A DNA stretch of 64,000 nt, taken from positions 23,932,001 to 23,996,000 of the forward strand of contig CM052830.1 in assembly GCA_028534125.1 (NCBI GenBank). The letters run 5' to 3'. Position 1 is the first letter of the stretch; each line of letters opens with the position of its first letter. The translations under genes were made by a program, and so were the position numbers. This document shows positions 49,301-60,125 of this stretch, in pieces. The stretch is from Lama glama. Taxonomy: Eukaryota. The notes beneath the pieces are model-generated. The model saw nothing but the letters and a program-made list of their open reading frames with translations, was not told where the DNA came from and searched no databases.

Positions 49301-49379
49301 CGAGGCGGACTCGCGGGCACGCGGCCCCGGACTCGGCCATTCTGCTCCGGGGGCCGTCGCACCCCGGGGTAACCGCGAA

Positions 49380-49560
49380 TGGACACGAATGTCTGAATTC
49401 AGGAATGCTCGCTGAAATGAGAAAGAACCTTCTTGTCCGTCCAGAGGGGATTCGGGAATTAACTGTGGCACATCTGTACGGTGGGATCCTATTAGGATCC
49501 GAGGTGTGCCTTGTACACTTCAGCGTAAAGAGATGCTCCTGGTATGTTGTCGGGTGGGAC
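49380..49560 (+). mobile_element. L1ME-like 3' fragment
   Basis: 'ttgtccgtccagaggggattcgggaattaactgtggcacatctgtacggtggga'. Confidence 0.5.
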
Positions 49561-50184
49561 CGGCAACTTGGCCCACACAGGCATCAGTGCGCCCAGGAGG
49601 GCGGCCTTTCACGGCCGTGAAAGCAGGAGGCAGCATGGCAGACCACAGGTCAACGGGCTTCTGGGTGACTTACAACATTTTAGCTACAACTTCTGATTTT
49701 TTTTAAAACATAAGCAGGTATTACTTATGGAAATAGTAAGCAGCGGCCAGCCCAAGGAAGGGCTCCCGGGCGCCGGGGAGGGCGGCCAGGAGGGCCTCCG
49801 GCAGAGCCTGCCCCAGCGGCGGAGGGGGCGGCCGTGAGAGCCGGGGCGAATGTCCCTCCTAGTCTTGTGCAAGCGTCAGCCTGGGGGCCAACGCCCTTCT
49901 TTTCCCTCTGCCTAAAAAACCCAGGGCTCCAGCGCTTTCCAGGGGGCCTCTGTCCCTGAGCCCTCACCGCACCGGTCTCCCCGCCCCGTCCCCGGTCCCA
50001 ATTCCTCGGCGAGGGGCCTGAGCTGCGTTGCCCAACGTGGATCCGGTCTGGATCTGAAGTCGGCAATGCCGCTTCCCGGCAGTGCGGCCTTGAGCAGTCA
50101 GAAAATGCCTCTTCGTACCCCGGATCCTGTCTGACTTTGAGCATTGCAAGAGAGGAAAAGAAGAGAAGAGAAAAGAAGGTTCAC

Positions 50185-50690
50185 GGGGGAGTATTATTCA
50201 CAACAGCCGAGACGTGGGAGCCACCTGAGTGTCCATCAGCAGACGGCTGGGTGAAGAAGACGGGTGTACGTACACTGGGGTGCTACTCAGCCAGAAAGGA
50301 GTGAAACCGCGCCATCTGCAGCAGCATGGATGGACTTGGAGGGTACTGTGCCAAGGAAATAAGTCAGACTGAGAACTACAAACACTGTATGATATTGACA
50401 CGTAGAATCTAACAGATACAGCAAACTAGTGGCTACAACAAAGGAGACTCACAGATACAGGGGACAAACTAGTGGTGCCGGGTCCAGGCGTCGAGAAGGA
50501 GTAGATTAGCTGGGGAACGGGGGTGCCTGCGCTGATGGTCACAGCCAGACAGACGCCCAGCCCCGAGTGAGCAGTCGAGGCAGCAGCCCGAAGCTCCAGC
50601 CCCCGGGGGGCACACAGCACTGCAGTCGCTGCTGCCTGGGCCAGGAAGCACCTTGCGTCCTCTGCGGGGCCGGAGCTGCCCGGGGGGGAG
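50185..50690 (+). mobile_element. LINE-1 3' end (ORF2 C-terminus plus 3' UTR), strongly GC-shifted
   Basis: 'gccatctgcagcagcatggatggacttggagggt...aaataagtcagactgaga...agactcacagatacaggggacaaactagtggt'. Confidence 0.9.
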
Positions 50691-50711
50691 TTACGACAAA
50701 CACAAGCAGCG

Positions 50712-50880
50712 ACGTTATTGCGTGTCTGTGATGCCCAGGCCCCGCGCTAGGCGTTCTGCGTAAGTTAACCCTTCTGTTTTAATCTTCCACATTCTGTGGG
50801 GTCTGAATAACTCGCCCATCTGAGAGAGACAATGAGAACTGAAAGGGTACAGCAGCTGGCTCAGGGCCGCAGGACAGGAC
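50712..50880 (-). mobile_element. MIR SINE
   Basis: 'ttattgcgtgtctgtgatgcccaggccccgcgctaggcgttctgcgta...tttaatcttccaca'. Confidence 0.65.
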
Positions 50881-51059
50881 CAGGCTCTGGCCAGCCTGGC
50901 CGTGTGGCCCAAGCTGTCACTCCCTCACAGGGCAGCCTCCCCACTCTCGCCACCTTCTGCCAAGGCATTGCCGTCACCCTCCCTCCTGCTCACGTGTCTG
51001 CCTGCTCAGTTCCACACCGCCGTTGGCAGCAGCCACCCTGCAGGCCTGAACAGTGGTGT

Positions 51060-51220
51060 CTTTTTCCATCCACTCTCACAACCATGCTATGGGGGAGACC
51101 AGGAGGCGTGTTCTCCCATTTTACAGGGAAAGAAACGGAGGCTCAGGGAGAGAGAACAGCTGGCCACCATCATGCTGCCATCCGGGACAGGGTGGGACAG
51201 ACCCGGGCCTCTGGATGCAG
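51060..51220 (-). mobile_element. MIR SINE
   Basis: 'ctcacaacca...ctcccattttacagggaaagaaacggaggctcaggga'. Confidence 0.8.
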
Positions 51221-52214
51221 TGTCCCTCTGTGACACCTCACAGCACGGCTGAGAATTCAAACGTGTTGGTGCCTCCACGGATCTTTAAATGTCTGCAGCT
51301 CACGATGACCAGCTTACAAGGCCCGCCTGCATCAGGGTTCTGGTGCCAAGTCCTGACAGGGTTCTTCGGCCCCTCTGGGGTCCTCCCCGAGCCGGGAGGC
51401 ATCTCGCCTGGTTGCTAAACAGGGACCCTTTTCCTGAGGTGTCCCGAGGTGATGAAGGTGCTGGGAAGACCATGGCGCTGGTAGCAGGTGTGTGAGCCCG
51501 CCGAGGGCCTGTCCTTCTGCAGGGCTCCAGCGGCTGGGGAGGGCCCCTCTGATAGGAGGGCTCAGCGGGGAGCACCTCCCCGCCAGCGCTGGGCCAGGCA
51601 GGCTAACCCTAACCCTCACCCCCGGGCCTGGGCAAGTGAGAAAGTCCCGGAGGACGGGACACAAAACCACAGGGAGGGCTCCCAAGAAGCCCCAGAAACC
51701 GCGGGTCGAGCACCCATCCTTCCTCCAGGAGTTTGGTGTCTGTTCTCTAGGTTTTTCTAGGAGGACAAGACAGCACAGATGAACCCTGGCTTGGTTTCAA
51801 TCCCATCTGACAAATGAGGAAACCAGCGAGGCTCAGATAAACGAAGTAAGTCCAGCTAGGAAAGAGCTGGAGAGAAGGCAGCCGGCCCCACGGCCAGCGC
51901 GGCCCCTCCCTCTGGGGGCCATGACCCTGCACTGTCCCCTGACCCCGGGGCCTCATCTGGACGTCTCCCAGGCACGGAGTAGATAGAATTTGGCTGAGTC
52001 CGCCCTTGTGAACGCGTGGGTTGTACAGCCTCAGTGTGAGCCCAGGGCCCGGGCTTCTGGGAAGGGTGGGGCTGGGGGAGTTTGAAGACAGTGACTGACC
52101 AGGAGGGAATTCCAGGAGAAGGGGCTGCCTCTTTCAGCTCCAGAGGTCTGCCTGAGGCAAAGACTTGCTCTTCTCACCAGGGCGGACTCCTCCCAGCCGC
52201 ACCCCCATCCTCCG

Positions 52215-52270
52215 TCCCCTCCCCTGCCCTCCCCTGCCCTCCCCTCCCCTCCCCTCCCCTTCCCTCCTCC
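52215..52270. repeat. (CCCTC/CCCTG)n simple repeat
   Basis: Pentamer pyrimidine-rich run. Confidence 0.85.
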
Positions 52271-52810
52271 TCACACACCCATGTGAAGTTTGCAAGGGAC
52301 CCGGGCAGCCAGATTCCACTGGGTTTAAGTCATAGCTCCATTTCGCTCTGGTGAATAATGGCATTTTCAGAGTCACAAAATGAGCGCTAAGAAGGACCTT
52401 ATTGATGTGTTTGACCAACTCCCTCTTAATAGATGAGGAAGACGGAGGCGGTGGGCGCAGGGTCTGGGCCAGGCCCCGAGGCTCCCAGGCCCCGCTGCTC
52501 TGCCTGGCCTCCCTTCCCACTTTCTACTCACACTGTGCCGTCGCCGGAAGGAACCTCAGGACGCATGTGGTCAGGGTGCAGGTTGGGGACAGACCCAAGT
52601 GCCATCAGGGCCACGAGGTCATGCAGAGGAGAAGGACAGCCAGGAAGGGGGGAGGGGGTGACTGCCACATGGACTGCTGTCCTGCGGACCCATGCTACCT
52701 GGGCATTCTGACTTTTCTTAAAGGACAGCTATGAAACACAATTTTTAATGTAAAATATTCCACTTCTGAAATATAGGAACAATTCACATTTAAAAGCGAA
52801 ACACCTGAAA

Positions 52811-52900
52811 GTGTGTCTACGTGTAACTGAACTGCTCTGCTGGATGCCTGAAACCAATGTTGTTCGTCGACTACACTTCAGTGAAAAATACTTCCAAAAA
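52811..52900 (+). mobile_element. LINE-1 extreme 3' end
   Basis: 'gtgtaactgaactgctctgctggatgcctgaaaccaa...tcgactacacttcagtgaaaaa'. Confidence 0.75.
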
Positions 52901-53003
52901 ATGAAAACACCGAGAGTAACCTGTGGTGGAGTCCATCTCCATCCCTTGCTGGAGATGGGGAGACTGAGGCACAGAGCACCAGCCCACATGTTGCAGAAAG
53001 GTG

Positions 53004-53487
53004 TGTTACAGCTCAGTGTGACAGCAGCCTGGACCCGGACGAGAGACCAAGCAGCTCTCGGAGGGCTGGAGAACGCAGGTTTATTACGCCAGCGGGCCCA
53101 CGGGAGTTACCACTCCAAGCTCTGGGCTCCGTCTGCAGGTTTACACAGGCTTTTATCGGCTGCTGGTTTACACTTTGCAACATCATATGCAAATAAGGTA
53201 TAACAGAAATTGACTAATTAGGAGCAAGCGTTGTAGACATGGGCCAATCGGGAGGGAGAAAAGTAACTAATCAGGAGCAAGCTCCGTGCAGATGAAGTGC
53301 TACAAATGGACCAATCAGGAGTTAGCCTAGGGAACCAATAGAATTTTAGGGGTAAGTTCCACTTTCCTAGAAGTAAGCTATTTCAGAGGCAGAAAGCGAG
53401 ATAGAGCTGCTGGGCCAGGGAGCCGGACGGTGCTGGCAGGAGAGTGGTGGCCCCGCGGGTCTTTTCTATGGGGCTTCCCACCTCACA
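53004..53487 (-). mobile_element. Relatively young ERV solo LTR inserted in a MIR
   Basis: TG...CA termini on the minus strand (TGTGAGG...TGTAACA); AATAAA at 53080-53085 (-); TATA-like ATAAAA at 53151-53156 (-); CCAAT boxes and internal repeats; flanks rejoin as the MIR motif 'aaggt|cacacag'. Confidence 0.85.
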
Positions 53488-54214
53488 CACAGAGTAGAGA
53501 CCACACGCAGACCAAGGCCCAGGGCAGCTGAGTCACTTCTGGGGAATCCCGCCTCCGGGTCAGCGGTCCCCTCGGCACTGATCCGAGGTGGCATTCCAGG
53601 AGCGCACCCAAGCGCCCGGCCCTGCCCCAACCTCTCAGGTCTGATGTGATTGCCTGGGGGGCCTCACCCTTGGCCTTCTATTATGTTTTCCCTGGGCTTC
53701 ATGGTCAAATCTCTGAGTATTTTTCCCTTGACATGGCCCTTTACAACTCCAACGTTGGGCCAGAACATTCCGAGACCCTGTGGAGGCCAGGAAAGGCGCA
53801 GACATCCTTGTCCCTGGCCAAGCCCTTCCCGCATGCCATTCCCCTGCGTCTGGTTCTCTGCCCTTCACGGCTCAGCTCAAAAACCACACAGCTGACACTC
53901 CCGAAAAATCTCATAAAGCCGAATCAGGAGCTTGTCAGCGAAAGGGGAACATGAGATCATGCCACCATCTCCGGCTGGCTAAATCTGTCAGCAGGCCGTC
54001 CGTCTCCAAGCCCTCCCCGGCCCCTCCTGCGTGTCCAGTCCTGTGCCCGAGACAGGGCAACGGGGCGGTTAAGTGAGGAGATGACACATAGCCTCGTAAA
54101 ACCAGAGAGGGAAGTCGAGCGCGGAGAAGAGCACCACTGGCAGCCAGGGCTCGGGAGCCCGGGGCAGGGACGCTGAGATAGACGTGGATCTGGAGCGTCG
54201 GGGGGAAGGGATGT

Positions 54215-54333
54215 GGGGGACGGGATAGCTCAGCAGGGGAGCACGTGCTTAGCAGGCGTGGGGCCCTGGGTTCGATCCCCAGCCCCTCCACTAAAAATAA
54301 ATAAATAGACCTAACCTCCCCCCACCCAATAAA
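54215..54333 (+). mobile_element. tRNA-derived camelid SINE (Vic-1-like)
   Basis: A box TAGCTCAGCAGG at 54226-54237, B box GGTTCGATCCC at 54269-54279, tail 'aaaaataaataaatagacctaacctccccc'. Confidence 0.85.
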
Positions 54334-54534
54334 GACCAGATGGAGTCTGTATAGATGGAGAGGCGGGGAGAGGCCACTCGGGCGTCAGGCAGGCGCAGCA
54401 TGGCGGGAGAACCTTAGTGGTCCCAGCTGCCCTGGCCCTTGGGTGAGGTTCCCGATCGTTCTGAGCGCTGCTCCCTCCTCCGTAGAGAGGGGCTCGGGCC
54501 AGACGAGCCCAGCGTTTTCTTTCTCGTTGAGCAT

Positions 54535-54612
54535 AAATCTGCGCTTTGTTCTCCCAGCACCCAGCTTGTACCTGACACACGCACTCTGTGAATGAAGGAA
54601 TGGTTCGTTGGC
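54535..54612 (+). mobile_element. L2 3' end
   Basis: 'tcccagcacccagcttgtacctgacacac...tgtgaatgaaggaatgg'. Confidence 0.6.
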
Positions 54613-56154
54613 TGACTTAACATAAATGTCAACGCGATGAGAACAGAGAGAGCCGAATGAGGTAACTGGTCAGTGATTATACCAGTAATACCTTGGCTCG
54701 CACATCACCTCACATCACCCACTGAAAACACGCTGCCTAACCCAAACCTGCACGCACGGAATCCCGTTTTATTTAATGCGATCCGTTCCAGCAGAGAGCG
54801 TGGCACACATCAGGAAGCGAGGAGAGCCTGGGCTGGGTGGTCTGGCCTCACCCGATTCGAGGCTGGTTTGGTGTCTCTTTCGCAGGTTTAGTGACTTCCG
54901 GACAGTGCCGTCCGCCCTGGTAGGGCGGGGCGGGGTCACAGCCCTCTGTCACCGCCCTTCACGGCGTAGAACACTCAGCCGAGACGTGGGGACTTTACTT
55001 CCATGTTATCAAAAGAAATTCATGGGAAATAAGGCTAGCCAAGGTGGGGTGCGGTAGGGGACGGTCCCAGCGCCGAGCCTTTAAATACAGCCTGATGTCA
55101 GAGAGCTCTGGGCCACGTGACCCAAGGAGGGCCCTGCTACGATCGGATTCTTCCGACATGGAAAAATAAGGCAGGCTGACTGCCGCCAGCCCGGAGAGGC
55201 GACAAATGTGTGACCTCGGGTGTGAGGATGACTGATTCCAGGCTGTCACAGGGAGACGTGCACACCTGCTCCCGCTGGAGCACAGTCCGCCCCGGCCAGC
55301 CGTCCTCAGATGGACCGGCTGGAGTCCTGGGGGGAGGGGGGAGGGATCGCATTAGCTGTTACACAGCGAGGCTACGGAGCAGCTGCCCAGGCTGGAGCGG
55401 TCAGCCTCATGAGGCAGTGAGCACCCTGACGCTAGAGGTAATCAAGCCAGGTGACCACTGGGGGGTTCTCTAAGGGGATTCCAGCCTCTGGTTGGAGAAG
55501 GAGATCTCACTAAATGGCTTGAGGTTTTATGATCCTGTGATTTTTTTTCCCCAAACTCCAGTGTGAGTCTCCTCTTGAGCGGCCCCATCTCACCGTCTGT
55601 CCCTAGGAGCCGGCCCTAGTGCCTGAAACTCCACGTTACACCTTTAGTCTAGAAGTGGTACCACAATCTCCTGCAGACGTCGGTTGCGTAAGAAGACGCT
55701 ATGCAGTGTTATAGCTGTGGACTCTGTCGATTTATTTAGCAGCCCCTTCTTCCAATACTGGTGACGTGGGTCCCAGGGCGCCGGCCACCATGGCGGGGGG
55801 CTCTCACCTTCCAGAGGCAGCATGCAGGCAGAGTGTGCCTGGGCTGGGGGTGGCGGAGAGCCGAGGGTGCACGAGGATCTGAGAGAGGAGGTGGGGTGGC
55901 GTGAGTGCCCCATCTTCGTCCCGTGCACAGCCCGGCCCAGGGCAGCTCTGCCCGGTCCAGCCGCCCCTCTTCCGCACGGCACTTTACACTTCCTAGAGGG
56001 AGCACTGGCCACTGGGCTGCTCCCCAGCAGTGGGCCCTGGGTATGTCTCTGTGCCGCCCTACAGAGCTCAGCTCCCTCCTCTGCCAAACAAGAGGACACG
56101 GGTTCTGGCCTCCTAAGACCCTTCCCCCTGAATGGCGTGTGGGGCTGCCTTCAG

Positions 56155-56375
56155 GGCCACCCAGACCTAGTTGTGAAACCCAGTGCGCTTTCCCTGAGCG
56201 ATGCAACCTTGAGCAGGTGACCTAGGCTTCCGGAGCCTCCGTCCCCATCTCTGTGAAACGGGAGCAGCGGTGTTTGCTTCCAAGGATTGTTAACATGATG
56301 AAATAGGACGGCTCCACAGCGACAGGGCGGCTGCTGAAAAGGCTGTCACTCATCGTGTTACTAGTTACCATTTTG
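56155..56375 (+). mobile_element. MIR SINE, near full length
   Basis: 'agacctagttgtgaaacccag...accttgagcaggtgacctaggcttccggagcctccgtccccatctctgtgaaacggga'. Confidence 0.8.
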
Positions 56376-56769
56376 CCAGTTAACGCCTCAGTGGGACGAA
56401 GGAGCCTTCGCCTGTGGGAGGCAGGTGGGGCGGGGATTCCGACCCGGCCGTCAGGCTTGCCACGTCCCCAGGGGAGAAGCGGCCCTGAGCGCCTGCTGGC
56501 TCGGACCCTGGTCCTGCTCCTCCCTTCTGCCTACTCCATTCAGAAGCCTTGGAGACGCAGGATGCTGTGGCCTGGAGCTGCAGGCATGGGAAGCCTGGGC
56601 CCCCTCCCAAAGTGGCCTCCCCTGGCTGGGGTCTCCGCCCTCAGCGGCACGGGGCACCCTTGGACCAGACGTCAAGGTTGCTGTCCCCACACTCCTCTGC
56701 CCAGAGGTGGGTGGGAAGCGCGTGGGCTCAGGGAGTCAGGCGACGGTGGGCTCGAAAGCCTGCCTGGCC

Positions 56770-56925
56770 ACTAACGGCCACGTGCCCCAGGCTGTTCCCT
56801 CTGGTCTCGGAGCATTGGTTTCTTCACCTGTAGAGTGCGTGCAACAGCGCCACTTGCCAGGGCCCCGTGGGAATCACCCTGTCAGTCAGCGCCCAGCCCG
56901 CGGCGGGCCCTCGGTAAATGGGGTC
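56770..56925 (+). mobile_element. MIR SINE (GC-shifted)
   Basis: 'gagcattggtttcttcacctgtagagtg...ccctcggtaaatg'. Confidence 0.6.
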
Positions 56926-56992
56926 GTCTTTCTTCCCCTTCTTCCTGCAGCTCAAAGCATTGGTTCCAGGAGTGATCGATATTTTTTCCGCA

Positions 56993-57645
56993 TTTTATTT
57001 CGTAATTTTTCAAACCTAAGCACATGTTGAAAGTACCTTTCGCCCAGATCCACCAACTTTGTGTGTCGCTGCTTTGTCACTATTTATGCCCATCGCTTCC
57101 TGTTGTTACGACGCTCCCCTTTCCCCTTAACCACCGTCAGCCTGTGTTTCCTACAGACAAGGGTGCTTCCTCATACACGCCCATCAGCGAACTCAGGACT
57201 CTTAATGGGGGGGAAGACTTACCTGTGCGTAGTCTGCGTCCCGATTTTGCCAACGGTCCGCCTCGTGTCCTTTAGAGAAGTTTTTCCCTCTGGTCCACGA
57301 TCCAGTGCAGGATCAGGCCTTGCATTTGCTCGCTGGGTCTCCTTAGTGGATGAGTTCCCGGACTTTTCTGTCTTTCTCGCCCTTGACGCTGGGGAAGGGC
57401 GCAGGCCGGTGCTTTTGTGGAGCGTCTCTCACCGTGGCCTTGTCTGAGGGGGTTTCCTCGTGATCAGACGCAGGCCGTGCTCTCTGGCAGGAGTGCCCCG
57501 GGCAGATGCAGACTTCTCAGAGCCGCCTGTCGGGACAGCGAGGCGGACCTGCCCACCGCCGGGGCCGCTCGCGCGACTGACGCTGGGCTGAGGTGGAGTC
57601 CGCGAGCTTTCTCCCCAGCACAGGTGCCGGGTCTCCGCCCCTTTT
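56993..57645 (-). mobile_element. L1MC4/5-like 3' UTR, strongly GC-shifted
   Basis: 'ttttatttcgtaatttttcaaac...cccagatccaccaa...ggtccacgatccagtgcaggatcaggccttgcattt...tttcctcgtgatcagacgcagg'. Confidence 0.85.
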
Positions 57646-58089
57646 GGAGTGTGGTGCCATTTTAACCCTGGCTCCTGAGGCGAACAGCTGGGCTGTGGCT
57701 GGACTTCATCTACCTTCTCTGAACTCATGAAACAAAGACTGTCCTGCTGCCTCTCGGAGGAGCCGGGCGGCGTGGATAAGACCCCGTGTGTGACGTGCTG
57801 AGCGCGGTGTCCGGGCTCGTTGGAGGAGACGCCTGGCGGCAATCAGAGGGTGTTCACCGAGCGCGTCGTCCCGAGGCTGAGGAGGGGGCTTGGGGTTCGG
57901 GAAGAGGCCCCTGCTGCCCCCGCTGATGGAGGGGCTCCCAGCAAGTAGCAGCAGAGGGACCGGGTGTCACGGGTGGCACTGGGAGGTGCGCTGAGCTCAG
58001 AGGCGCCAGGGGCAGGAGCGAGGGTCCAGTGGAAGGCAGATAAAGCTGGGAACGAGCGGGTGAGCCAGGTAGACCCGTGGCTGTGAGCC

Positions 58090-58290
58090 AGACCCAGGCT
58101 TCAGAATCCAGGCGATCTGTGCTTGGGTCCCGTCTCCTCTGTGAGCTGGCTGTGTGGCCTGGGACGAGTCAGGTGACCTCTCTGAGCCTCAGTCCCTTCC
58201 TCTATGAAATGAGGATGCGACCACATCCCTCATGAAATTCTCAGAAGGTCAGTAAGATTAATGTCTGGCACATGTAAGCACTCAGACACG
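58090..58290 (+). mobile_element. MIR SINE
   Basis: 'ggctgtgtggcctgggacgagtcaggtgacctctctgagcctcagtcccttcctctatgaaatgagga...tctggcacatgtaagcactca'. Confidence 0.85.
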
Positions 58291-58484
58291 ACGCGGCAGC
58301 ACTGACCGTCCTGGCCGGGAGCTCCGTCCGGCGCCACGGCCTTAGGAACACCTTCCCTGACCGCACTCCCCTGAAGCGAGAAGCAGGCTTCCCTGAAGTG
58401 CTCTCAGCATCACGTCCTCTCACGCTCTGCGGGGCCGTAAATCGGTACGACCTTCCTGGAGGACGTTTTGACAAACGGGGATTT

Positions 58485-58900
58485 TGTTGGTCCGTGCTCT
58501 TAGCCGTAGACAACAGAATCCATGCGGCTCATTTAAGCAGAAAGGGGTTTATGAAGGGAAACAGGCCGCCTGCAGAATCACCCGGGAGCGAGAGTTACAT
58601 CCCTAGGCTGGGCTTCCAGGGGCGAGTCCCCAAAAGCACAACATAAAACCCGTTGTCAGTGGAGCTGCTGCTTCTGCCTGGATCAGAAGTCCCCAGAACA
58701 GGAGTGGCCGCCGTGACCCCTGGCCCCAGCGCCAGGCTGCCTGTGTCCCGAGCTCTGTTGGCGAAGCTGGTGCCCCGCGCCCCTGCTCTGCTTCCCTCCC
58801 AGGACCCCCCTCAGCCGCAGAACCAGAGTCACGTCAGGAATCCGTCCTGTAAGAGAGGCTTGGTTTTCAGCTGCCCAGGACCTAGACACACCAGGAGGAG
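58485..58900 (-). mobile_element. Ancient ERVL/MaLR LTR
   Basis: 'gacaacagaatccatgcggctcatttaagcagaaaggggtttat...gcagaaccagagtcacgtcaggaatcc...ttttcagct'. Confidence 0.55.
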
Positions 58901-59069
58901 GTGGGCACGCTTGGAACTAGCCATGGGACAAATCAAGAACCAAAAGACTTCAGCCCTTTGACCTGGGAGTTGCTCTTCCAGGAACCCACGGGCAGGGGTG
59001 GCCAGGGAGGAGCAGTATTTGTGCCTAAGGAGGACGGCGTGGGGGTGGGGGAAGCGGGGAGGGGCGAGA

Positions 59070-60125
59070 AAGCCAAACCCACGAACAGGGGTCGGTTAAA
59101 TAAACTTTGGCGCATTCATGTGAAAGGTTTTGACCCAGCGAAATGAGGTTTTGAAAAATTAAAAAACTTTCAGTAACATAGTATTAAAGGGGAAAAAGCA
59201 CAACCTCTGTGTACAGCGAGGTCACGGCTGTGCGCGGAGGACACACGCACACGGGGCACAGCAGGGAAGGGCGTCCCCAGGACGGCGGCCTCGGCGTGAC
59301 CAGAATCCCAGGGGGTTAAAAAATGTTCTCCTTTGTCTTCTTTTATACTGTTTGTGCTTTACAAGGATGTGTCTTATCTTCTGTAATTAACTGTTTTGGA
59401 AACTGAAGGATGTTAGAAACAGTGAGGGATTCACCCCTCTGGTTCCCACGTGGCTTTGCCTCGCGCAGGGGAGGCTGCAGTGGGGACGGGCCGTCTGGGA
59501 GACGCAGGAGCAGGGGATGACGCCGGTCTGGGGAGGGGGTGGAGGGGTCACGGGGGGTGGGGGTGGGCAGGGCCGCCTCCGACCCATCCGGCACTCAGTG
59601 GATGTCCATATGTGCTCCGTCCTCTCATAGAGGGATTGTCAAAGGGCTGGAGAGCAGCCGGCTCGAAGGACAAGGAATGCGGATGACTTAGAAGCAGATG
59701 AAAAGACACCAGCCTCAGTCATAATCAAAGAAATGCAAAATAAGACAAGGGCTGTTTTTCACTTAGCAGACTGGCCGAGATCACAGTGTCTGAGCACACG
59801 GGCTGGTAGCCGGGGGCTCCGCCCACTCTGCCGGGGCCGTCACGTCCGTCAGAAGGGAAGACGCAGGTGCCTGAGACGCGGCCGCTCTGCTCTAGGGCCT
59901 GCGCTCTGCGCTCCTGTGCAGGAGGGGTGGACAGGTGCTCGCTGTGGTGCTGCTGTCTCGGCCGGAGGTTAGGAGCCACGTTTTCAGTAGGGGTCTGAGT
60001 AAATAAACCATGCTGCCTTGGTCAGACGGAACACCGCGCTCAGCGCGAGGCACCTCGGAGACAGATTTATAAGTGATAAAGTCAAGGTGAAGAACAAAGT
60101 ATACAATGTCCTATTTTTGTAAGTG
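59070..60125 (+). mobile_element. L1ME-like fragments
   Basis: 'caggggtcggttaaataaactttggcgcattcat' and 'caaagaaatgcaaaataagacaa...tttttcacttagcagactggc' (L1 ORF2 end and 3' UTR motifs). Confidence 0.6.

Noticed and set aside
54215-54290. tRNA-like sequence
   Set aside because: No proper acceptor stem or terminator, and it is followed by a SINE tail; it is a SINE head.
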